Positions 46,292 through 55,300 of a stretch of 64,000 bases of DNA are shown here, one piece after another (the stretch's first letter is position 1; each line of letters opens with the position of its first letter). The notes below the pieces were generated by a model. The model had not been told where the DNA came from, did no database searches, and was given only the letters and a program-made list of their open reading frames with translations. Made by a program: the position numbers and the translations under genes. The DNA is from Kiritimatiellia bacterium (GTDB lineage: Bacteria; Verrucomicrobiota; Kiritimatiellia; RFP12; UBA1067): contig JBMNFY010000017.1 of assembly GCA_050949565.1 (NCBI GenBank), positions 1,600,001 through 1,664,000 of the forward strand. The letters are read 5' to 3'.

Positions 46292-46714
46292 TCAGCAGAG
46301 GAATTGCGTCGAGCGCGCGAGAAAGAGAAGTTGCGGTGCCGGTACCCCCGGCGGTCGATCACTGTGGCATCGCGGCGCGGTCTGCGGCGCGACAGGCGCA
46401 CAGGCAGGAGGCGGCATTGCGGCGAGAGCCAGTAGCAGGCCGTTCAGTTCTTTGACTGCGGCAGGCACCGGCTCGCCCGGTGGCGGGCCTTCAAAAATCA
46501 GGTGGTTGCAGAGGTGTTCGAGATGCGTTTCAGACGGGGCAGGCGGCGTTCCGCAGTCGTGGCAGTGTCCGCCGCAGCCGTCGGGATCCGGGGCACAGAG
46601 ACAAAACGTCAGCCCTTGGAGAACGGTCAGCGCGAACAGGCAAAAAGCCACCGCCAACCGCACGCTCCGTGCAGCCCAATGCAAAACGCTGGTACTATGA
46701 CACTTGAAGAACAC
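46292..46714 (-). CDS. Small Cys/His-rich hypothetical protein upstream of the RND operon
   Basis: Hydrophobic N-region, CLC..GCGGHCHDC, HLCNH; start uncertain. Confidence 0.45.
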   Translation of the reverse strand: MFFKCHSTSVLHWAARSVRLAVAFCLFALTVLQGLTFCLCAPDPDGCGGHCHDCGTPPAPSETHLEHLCNHLIFEGPPPGEPVPAAVKELNGLLLALAAMPPPACAPVAPQTAPRCHSDRPPGVPAPQLLFLARSTQFLC

Positions 46715-46780
46715 AACGGCATAGTATCAACGCGCCGTTTCCCGTGCAATAGGGATTATGCGGGTTGCGCGTAATCGGGT

Positions 46781-46825
46781 GACAACTAAGGGACAGGTAT
46801 TTAGACGGCTGGTATTTAGACGGCT
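46781..46825 (+). repeat. RAYT-associated repeat copy with an adjacent 15-bp tandem duplication
   Basis: GACAACTAAGGGACAGGTATTT at 46781-46802; GGTATTTAGACGGCT at 46796-46810 and 46811-46825. Confidence 0.88.
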
Positions 46826-46969
46826 CACACCCCTGTCATCAACCGATTACGATTACGAAATTACGAAATGTGCTACCGTGGGGCTTGTTTCTATGGGCCG
46901 GGGTGTGTAAGCTATGTTGTGTCCTGTATGACCGGAATCGGTTTATACGCAACAACCTTGGAGGCTCCT

Positions 46970-48346
46970 ATGAAACGTTACTTGATGCCGTGTGTTCTTA
47001 TTGCTTGTGCCGCGCTCGCGTTGCGCGCTGAACCGTATAAGGCGGAGTGGGAGTCGCTCGACAAACGCCCGATTCCGCAGTGGTGGCAGGAGGCCAAGTT
47101 CGGCATCTTTATCCATTGGGGCGTTTACTCGGTACCGGCCTACGCGCCGACCGACGCGGCCAATGTCTACGCCAAGTATTCGGAGCACTACGACAACCGC
47201 ATGCGCTCCAACAACGCGGCCTTCACCAACTTCCATGCCCGCACCTACGGCACCAACGTCACCTATGCGGACTTCGCCACGCAGTTCCGCGCCGAGCACT
47301 TTGATCCTGTCCAGTGGGCCGATCTCTTCAAGAAGTCCGGTGCGCGGTATGTGGTGCTTACGTCGAAGCACCACGACGGCTTCGCGCTTTGGCCGAGCGC
47401 TTACAGCCCGCGCTGGAACGCGCAGGTGCTCGGACCGCACCGCGACCTTGCCGGCGAGCTGACTGCGGCGGTCAAGCAGGCCGGTTTGCGCATGGGCTTC
47501 TACTACTCGCTGCTCGAGTGGGGCAACCCGCTCTACAAGGAGAATATCGGCCGGTGGGTCGCGGAGATGAACCTGCCGCAGATGAAAGAGCTGGTCACGC
47601 GCTACGAGCCCGATATAGTCTGGGCCGACGGCGAGTGGGACTACTCCGACGAAGAGCTGCGCAGCGTCGATTTCTTGGCCTGGCTGTACAACGAATCGCC
47701 GGTCAAGGAGAGCGTGGTGGTCAATGACCGCTGGGGCAAAAAGACGCGCGGCAAGCATGGCGACCACTACACGACCGAATACGATCTGGTTCATTCGGGT
47801 AGCTCGCTTGATACCCAGTTCACGCATCCGTGGGAGGAGTGCCGCGGCATCGGCGGTTCGTTCGGCTTTAACCGTTTTGAGACCACCGCGCATTACATGA
47901 CCAGTGCACAGTGCGTGGAGACCTTGATCGAGAAGGTCAGTCGCGGCGGCAACCTGCTGCTCAATATCGGTCCGCAGGCCGACGGCCTCATCCCGGTGAT
48001 TATGGAAGAACGCCTGCTTGATATGGGGCGTTGGCTGAGCGTCAACGGCGAGGCGATTTACGGCACCACCGCCTGGCGGCACCGTCCCAAGAACATGCGC
48101 GAAACCAAGGTCTATTTCACTCAGAAACCGGATGCCCTCTATGTGATCTGCGCGCGCTGGCCGCAAGCGCCGCTGGTGGTCAACCACATCGCCAAGGCCG
48201 ACTCGGTTTCGCTGCTCGGCAGTCCTTTGCCGGTCACGTTCACGTGCAGCGACGGGGTGCTCACGATCAAACCGCCCGTGGTCAATCCCGGCACCCTGCC
48301 CTGCGAGTACGCCTGGACCTTCAAGATTGCTCGTCCGCAGGAGTGA
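46970..48346 (+). CDS. Alpha-L-fucosidase (GH29)
   Basis: KFGIFIHWGVYSVP, TSKHHDGF, WADG, VNDRWG, GGNLLLNIGP; signal peptide; RBS GGAGG. Confidence 0.95.
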   Translation: MKRYLMPCVLIACAALALRAEPYKAEWESLDKRPIPQWWQEAKFGIFIHWGVYSVPAYAPTDAANVYAKYSEHYDNRMRSNNAAFTNFHARTYGTNVTYADFATQFRAEHFDPVQWADLFKKSGARYVVLTSKHHDGFALWPSAYSPRWNAQVLGPHRDLAGELTAAVKQAGLRMGFYYSLLEWGNPLYKENIGRWVAEMNLPQMKELVTRYEPDIVWADGEWDYSDEELRSVDFLAWLYNESPVKESVVVNDRWGKKTRGKHGDHYTTEYDLVHSGSSLDTQFTHPWEECRGIGGSFGFNRFETTAHYMTSAQCVETLIEKVSRGGNLLLNIGPQADGLIPVIMEERLLDMGRWLSVNGEAIYGTTAWRHRPKNMRETKVYFTQKPDALYVICARWPQAPLVVNHIAKADSVSLLGSPLPVTFTCSDGVLTIKPPVVNPGTLPCEYAWTFKIARPQE

Positions 48347-48467
48347 GCGCCGTGTGGCACGGTCGAGGGGATTGCAGAGGATATGGGTGCCCGATTTCGG
48401 TTATTGTCGTCTGAACTTCAAACCGCTAAGATGACGGTGTTTGTGGATTGGTACGGGGTTAGACAAA

Positions 48468-49580
48468 ATGAGTACTTACCATCTTAATTCCTTTACAATC
48501 GGGGCATTCCGTGGGCTTCAAGGTATGACTTTTGAGCGGCTGGGGCGCTTCAACCTTTTGATCGGCGGCAACAATTCAGGTAAAACCTCGGTGCTTGAGG
48601 CCCTGCAAGCCTTTTGTAATCCGGAAGACCCGGCTGATTGGGCTAGAATAGCAAACGCCAGAAACACAAGTTCACGTTTGTTTTCGACCCATTCGTTGAA
48701 CGACTGTTTGGTGTGGATGTTCCCGCACACGAAACAAACGGATACTGGTAGCTCTGGTTCGATTCAGCTTTCCAGTACTGGGGCATGTCCTGTCCGAGAG
48801 GTCAAGGCAAGTGTTCAACCTGTCTTCGGTATGCCAGATGAAGAGGATCTTAGGTATTTGGCGAAACGACCCCTAGACTCTAATCCCGCAACAGGTGGAA
48901 CCTATGAGGGGATTGAGATCAAATTGGACTCTATACGTGCTCAGGACGGCTCGTCGACCGTTGCGGAGTCCGTTACCCGCCGTTTTTGGCAAGACGTCCC
49001 CTTTATTCGGAGACGCGCTAATTCATTCGCGTTTCCTGTGGCCGCAGTTTTGGGATTCGAATACCGTTTTGCTGAACGCTGCGCCGACAAGTATTCAAAG
49101 TTGAAGGTCGATCAACAAAAAGACCTTCTCGAACTTGCGCGAATGTTTGATTCCGGCATAGAGAGTATCAGTGTTGCGTCCGAAAACCGCCGACCTTACC
49201 TGAGGGTTGAACACAAGGATTTTGGCGAGGCGCCGCTCATGGTTTTTGGAGACGGCATGAAGCGTGTGCTTTTCATAGCGACGGGACTCGTTACAGCCAA
49301 AAATGGCCTCTTGCTTTTGGATGAGATCGAGAGCGGCATCCATGCGTTCGTTTTGCCGGAGATCATGAAATGGTTGTTCAAGGCGGCACGGGAGAACCAC
49401 ATTCAGATTTTTGCAACAACTCACAGCCTTGAGGCTGTAGATGCTGTGCTCTTATCTGCAAAAGAGACGCCCGATGAATTTGTCACGTACCGTCTGAGCA
49501 AAGAAGATCATCTCGCTAAACGGTTGAACTATAACCTGCTGACAGACCTTCGGGTTCATGGTGGCTTGGAGATCAGGTAA
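48468..49580 (+). CDS. AAA_15/AAA_21-type ABC ATPase (putative defence)
   Basis: Walker A GGNNSGKT, signature-like FGDGMKR, Walker B LLLDEIESGIH, ATTHS; visibly lower GC than flanks. Confidence 0.88.
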   Translation: MSTYHLNSFTIGAFRGLQGMTFERLGRFNLLIGGNNSGKTSVLEALQAFCNPEDPADWARIANARNTSSRLFSTHSLNDCLVWMFPHTKQTDTGSSGSIQLSSTGACPVREVKASVQPVFGMPDEEDLRYLAKRPLDSNPATGGTYEGIEIKLDSIRAQDGSSTVAESVTRRFWQDVPFIRRRANSFAFPVAAVLGFEYRFAERCADKYSKLKVDQQKDLLELARMFDSGIESISVASENRRPYLRVEHKDFGEAPLMVFGDGMKRVLFIATGLVTAKNGLLLLDEIESGIHAFVLPEIMKWLFKAARENHIQIFATTHSLEAVDAVLLSAKETPDEFVTYRLSKEDHLAKRLNYNLLTDLRVHGGLEIR

Positions 49581-49583
49581 TCC

Positions 49584-50409
49584 ATGCGTGTCGATCTCAT
49601 CGCAGTTGAAGGTGCACACGACCTTGCTTTTGTTCAGAGACTACTCAGCGCTTTCGGTTTTGAACAGAAGAGAAAATTGGATAACCCGGAAAACCCCTCG
49701 GAAAACATCCCGTCCGAGGTTCGAGAGTTAGTTCCTAAGACATTCCCAACAAACGAAGAGCGTGATATCCACAAACGCTCTGACGTTCCTGCTTTCCATG
49801 TCAAAGACGAACAGTGTGTGGTTCTGATTTCTACTGGAGGTGACTCCAAGCTTGTTGGGGGGGGTGTCTTCTGCGATTGTAATTCTGGACAAAACTGATA
49901 TTCGCCCGTCATCGATTGGTTTCATTTTGGATGCAGACAGTAATCTGCCTAAGCAATTTGATAAACTGAAAACTGAGTGGGGCGAAAAAAGTAAAGACAA
50001 TGAATTACTCGGGACGTACTCGTTCCCTTCACATGTCGGCGTTTGTACCACAGGCACATGTCCGTTTGGCGTGTTCGTTATGCCCGACAATCAGAGCAGC
50101 GGCTCTTTAGAAACGCTCCTCCTGCAACGGGCGAAAGGTGTTTATCCAGTCCTGCATAAAAAGGCTGACGACTTTATTCAAGTCGTTAAGAACACCAAAG
50201 ACGCGATTCCGCCCGGATCAGAACTGGGCTCGAAGGGGCAAAATGAGGGCAAGGCCGTCCTCCACGCCATGACCAGTGTATTGAAACCTGGGAAGACCCT
50301 TCAGGCCAGTATCAGCGATAATGAATGGGTTCCTCAAGCCCCGGATCAATTTCCAGATTTTTTTCTACCACTTGTGAAGTGTCTCTCGCAACTTCTCGAT
50401 CTGAATTAG
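49584..50409 (+). CDS. TOPRIM-like (DUF3226-like) partner protein; frameshifted at a G8 tract (49857-49864)
   Basis: N-terminal AVEGAHD, DxD motif FILDAD, GSLETLL; deleting one G joins ORFs 49584..49898 and 49840..50409. Confidence 0.72.
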
Positions 50410-50460
50410 AAAGGGAAGAAGAGTCCGGGCATCGAACAGAAATGATGAAAGGCGACCGCG

Positions 50461-51911
50461 ATGCAATTGGGATGGAGCAAAATCAAGCAGAGTATTGGAA
50501 GGGGTGCACGGGAAGAGGCCGGAGAGACAAGCTCGGGGGCCGAGTATGAGCGGGAGCCGGTTCCGGAGCACGCTTGGCTGGGGTTGAAAAGCTATGTGGG
50601 GCAGTTCGCGGGCGAGCATGTCGCCGGGACGGAGCTGATGATCGGGCCGCTCTTTCTCGCGGCGGGGGTCAGTGCGTTCGACTTTTTTGCTGGCCTGTTC
50701 GTCGGCAATCTGCTGGCCGTACTGAGCTGGACGCTTTTCACTGCGCCGATCGCCACGCGCGTGCGGCTGACGCTCTACTACCACCTCGAAAAGATCTGCG
50801 GCCGCAGACTGGTGGTGTTCTATAACATCGTCAACGGCGTGATGTTCACGGTTCAAGCCGGGGCGATGATCACGGTGTCGGCCACGGTGCTGGGGTCTTC
50901 TTCAAATTCCGCATGCCGGAGTTGAGCGACACCCTGCCGACCGGCTTCGGTTGGATTGTGGCGGTATTGGCGACCGGCGTGCTCTTTTCGATTGCGGCGG
51001 TGAAGGGCTACCGGGTCGTGGCTGCCTTCGCCAATCTGGTCGCACCGCTGATGGTCGTGATGTTCGTGGTCTTCGGCGTGATCGGTTTTCGCAAGATGGG
51101 CGTGACCGGACTCGACAACTTCTGGGAGATCGCTTCGACGCGCATCTGGATCGGCGGCGAACCGCAGCCGGGGCAGGTGAAGTTCACGTTCTGGCATGTG
51201 ATGTTTTTCTCCTGGTTCTGCAACATGGTCTGGCATATCGGCATGGCCGACCTCTCGCTTTTCCGCTTCGCCCGTAAATCGTGGTATGCGCTCTCTTCGG
51301 CGGCGGGGATGTACCTCGGCCACTTCATGGCGTGGATCGCAGCCTCGACCCTCTACGCGGTTCAGCTTCAGGCCGATCCGACCAATACCGCCGTGCTGCC
51401 CGGTCCGCTGGCTTACAACGCCTGCGGTGCGTTGGGCCTGCTGGTTGTCGTGATCGCCGGCTGGACCACGGCCAACCCCACGCTGTACCGCGCGGGTCTC
51501 GCTTTCCAGGCGCTGGTTCCCGAGGCATCGCGTGCCAAGGTTACGCTGATCACTGGACTCGCGGCCAGCGTCACCGCGATCTTCCCGGTCGTGATCATGA
51601 AGCTGATGGGATTCGTGGCGATGTGGGGCATGATCCTGATGCCGATGGGCGCGGTGATCTTCGCTGATTACTGGCTGTTGCCGCGTTTCGGCATGCGGCG
51701 GTTTATCGCCGAGCATGTGCGGTTACCGATGAATTGGGCGGCGGGCGCGGCCTGGCTGGCCAGCGTTGTCTTCAGCGTCGGACTGTTGGCGGCCTTCGGC
51801 GCGGACAAGATCTTCTTCGTCAGCTTTCCCAGTTGGTTCGTCGCGGTACTCGTCTATGTCGCGCTGAGCCGTTCCCTTCAGCGCTCCTGCCCATCTGATA
51901 TCAATGCCTAG
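50461..51911 (+). CDS. Cytosine/purine permease-like (NCS1) transporter; frameshift near 50895
   Basis: EYEREPVP, GEHVAGTELMIGP, AGWTTANPTLY; ORFs 50461..50925 and 50913..51911 are both multi-TM. Confidence 0.75.
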
Positions 51912-52066
51912 GACGAAAGAAACGGAAGCGGACGATCCCACACACAGGGGAGGGACGAGCGTCTGCTCGTCCAGGGCAAGCAGACGCTTGCCCCTCCCGC
52001 ATGTCCGTGCCAGCCTTATGGCCTTTTTCAGGTGAGATATAACCTCTAAACGGAGATAACACACTT

Positions 52067-52381
52067 ATGCACAGACACGCCTTTAAGATGAAACTCAAGC
52101 CCGGTACTATCGCCGAGTACAAACGCCGCCACGACGAGATCTGGCCTGAACTGGCCGAGGCGCTGAGCGCGGCAGGTATCTCCGACTACTCGATCTTTCT
52201 CGATGAGGAGAGCCTGACGCTCTTTGCCGTGCAGAAGCTCAGCGAGACAAACACCGCCGCTCAATTGCCGCAGACCGCGATCATGCAGAAGTGGTGGGCC
52301 TACATGGCGCCGTTGATGGAGGTCAACCCCGACAACTCCCCGGTTTGTACGGAGCTGCCGGAGATTTTCCACCTCGCGTGA
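52067..52381 (+). CDS. rhaM: L-rhamnose mutarotase
   Basis: AFKMKLKPG..EYKRRHDEIWPEL, YSIFLD, KWWAYMA, NPDNSP. Confidence 0.93.
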   Translation: MHRHAFKMKLKPGTIAEYKRRHDEIWPELAEALSAAGISDYSIFLDEESLTLFAVQKLSETNTAAQLPQTAIMQKWWAYMAPLMEVNPDNSPVCTELPEIFHLA

Positions 52382-55300
52382 TCCGCAGCCAGACCCGTAG
52401 CAGTTCGGACACGCCCCACGCCTGTGCGCAACAACCGCGTGCCGCGTGCGGCGCGTCGCCATCGCAGATCTCCGGCGGATGCCCCAGACAGCCGCGGTTC
52501 AACTGTTCGATCGCCGACCCCAGCAGCGAGAGCCCGGTGGCGCGCGCGGAGTCGCCGTACAACTGAACCAGCGCCTCGACGTAGAGCGGGAAGGGCCAGC
52601 TCCACGCCGTGCCGTTGTGGTAGGCGGGTTTGCGCCGCGTGTCCTCGTCGCCCAGATAACGCCCTTGATAAGGCCGGTGCGGATCGTTCAGCAGGGTGCC
52701 GTTGTGCCAGACGGCGCAATCCGCCAAAACCGGTCGATCCGCCAAGCTGCGGATCGCGCCCGGCACCAGTAGCCGCTCGCACGCGCTGATCATCGTACGT
52801 GCCAGTTCGGGTGCCAGCGGCACGCCCAGCGTGAGTGCCAGCAGTTGGTTCGGGCGCAGCGTATCTTCCTGCAACGCCCGCTCGGCCGGTTCGCCAGCCT
52901 TGGCGCGCAGACAGTCCGCCAGCCACCCCTCCTTGACCACGTAGAGCCGCGCCAGCGCCGATGTCGCACGTTCGGCCAGCGCGTTCCATTCGGCGTCGAT
53001 CTTGCGTGCCACCAGCCGCAGGCTTGCGATCCAGAGCGCCTGAATCTCGACCGGATACCCTTCGCGCGGCGTGGCCGCCGGATAGTTGGTGTCCATCCAG
53101 GTGAAGTGCGACGGACTGTAGATCAGCCCGCTCGCCGGATCCATGTGGATGCCGTTGGGCGTACCGTCGCGATAGTACGTGAGGATCGACACCAGCACCT
53201 CGCGCAGCGTACGCGATCCGCAGGCCACATCAAGCACCTTGCGGTCGCCCATCGCCTCCATCAGGTCGCCGGCCGCCACGCAGAACCAGAGCGGCGCGTC
53301 AGAGGTGTCGCGGTTGCCCACCGTGTTGCCGTGGATGATATTCGGCAATGTGCCGCGTTCTTCAAAGCGACCGAACTCGCGCAGGATTTCCAGCGCGTCA
53401 TCGTGCCGGCCGTCGGCGATCAGCCCGCGCAGCACGATCAGCGTGTCGCGCCCCCAATCCAGAAACCACGGATATCCCGCGATCACGGTCTTCAGCGCAT
53501 CGCGCCGCACCACGTAGAGCGACAGTGCCTGCGACAGCGTTTCCGGTATCGTCGCCAGCGCACCCGTCGGCGTTGCATGTTGGGCGTTGAATGTTGCGGA
53601 TTGCGGATTGCGGATTGCGGATTGCGAGTTGTCCCCCGCCTTAAGCGTGATCTCGCCGCCGTCATCCAGGAGCAGATCGAACCAGCCGGGACTGAAAAGA
53701 TCGCTGTGTCCGTCAAGCCCGCGCTCCTGCTCTTCGGGATGCGCCACCATATACGCCCACGACGGCTCGATGTGGAATGCTCCCGCTGTGGCTTCGATGC
53801 CCAGCCGCATACCGTCGGTCGGCTCGAAAGTAAATCCGCGCGCCAAGGGATGCACCGCCGCCGGCCACTCATGCTCCGGCCCCATAAAAGCTTTGGTCTT
53901 GTGGTGGAAGCTGCGCCACTCGATGTCCGGACGCACGATCACCTTGACCGGTTCGTCGGCTTCCAACAACCCGGCCTGCGCCGCATCCAATCCACACGCG
54001 CCGACCGCCGGTCGCGACACGCGCAGCCGCGCGCGGTTGACGCCCGGCTCCAATTCGAGCCGGAAGCGCAGCGGCACCCAGCGTCCGATGCCGCACGGCA
54101 CCTTGAAGCACCACTCGGCGAAGCGTCCCGCCGGATCAGTCGTGAAGGCGTCGAGGCAGGCCGCCTCGATTGCATGCGAATAGCCGCGATAGCGCAGCCA
54201 AGTGCGGCAGCGCGTCCAGAAAATCATCTTGTCGGCCGGCACCCGCGGATCGGGATTGACGGCGAGCAGGCAGTCGTACTGGCTGCGCACTTCGCCCCAC
54301 GCGGCACGCGCCTGCGCCATCGCGCCTGCGCTGTTCGAGAGCACGGTACAGAAGTCCGGCTCATTGCGCACACGTACGCCGCTGACACGCGATACCGCCC
54401 GCGCCGCACCGGCGGGCGGCAGCACCAGCAGGTCGGAGACGGCGCGTTGCACGCCTGCGTCGGTGAAGACCGTCATCACCAGCGAGCGCTGTTCGGCGCG
54501 TGTGCCGTCCAACGCCGCGTCGTACGGTGGCACGATCAGGAACGCGCCCCATGTGCTGTCGTCCAGCCGCACCGCGCGCTCGCGTGCCTGCGTGTACCGT
54601 CCGCTCTTCAACTCGGCGCGGAAGGGCGCATCGGCCCGCGCCAGCAACACATGGCCTTCGGGCAGCATCACCTGCCGACGCTGATCCTCGGGCCAATACC
54701 ACACCGTGCGGCGCGGCAGTTGGTTCGGCGCGTCGGCGCAGAAGGCATCGGGATCAGCCGTCATGGCCGCGCCCAGCTCATCAGGCTCGCAGGTGCAGGC
54801 AAAGCGTTCGTCATCGTCGCCGTTGTCTACCGCCGCGAGGTGCAACTTCACCCGCAACGCCATGAGATTCCGCCGGCGGCGCGACAGCGCGGCCGGTTCG
54901 ACGACCGCCGCCGCTGCGGCGTCGACCGCCGCGACATCTTCTGCGCACAGCGTCAGGCAGCAGGCGCGTCCCGGTGCAAGCGCGAGACCCGCGCCGGGCG
55001 TGAGTGCAAAGGCTTCGCCGGTGACGAGATCCCACGCCTTCGTTCCGTGAAAGGCCGCCTCGTCCCAGTGCGCCGTCTGCGGGTGCGCGCAATCGAGATT
55101 GACCAGCACCAATAACGCGCTTCCGTTGGCCGCTGCATCTGTGTCGATGTCGCGCAGCACCGCCAAGAACGGCCCGTCGCCGCGCTGCACCGGCCGCAGG
55201 CGCGTACCGGGGCCGAAGGCCGGATGCGTTTCCAGCAGGGCGTTCAGGCGCGCGATCTCCGCCACTTGATTGTGCGGCGCGTCCCAGTTGAGCGCCGAGG

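Noticed and set aside
48380-48400. ATGGGTGCCCGATTTC as a repeat boundary of the ATPase/TOPRIM insert
   Set aside because: Only loosely similar to GTGTCCCCAAATT at 57485, and no matching copy was found at the other end.
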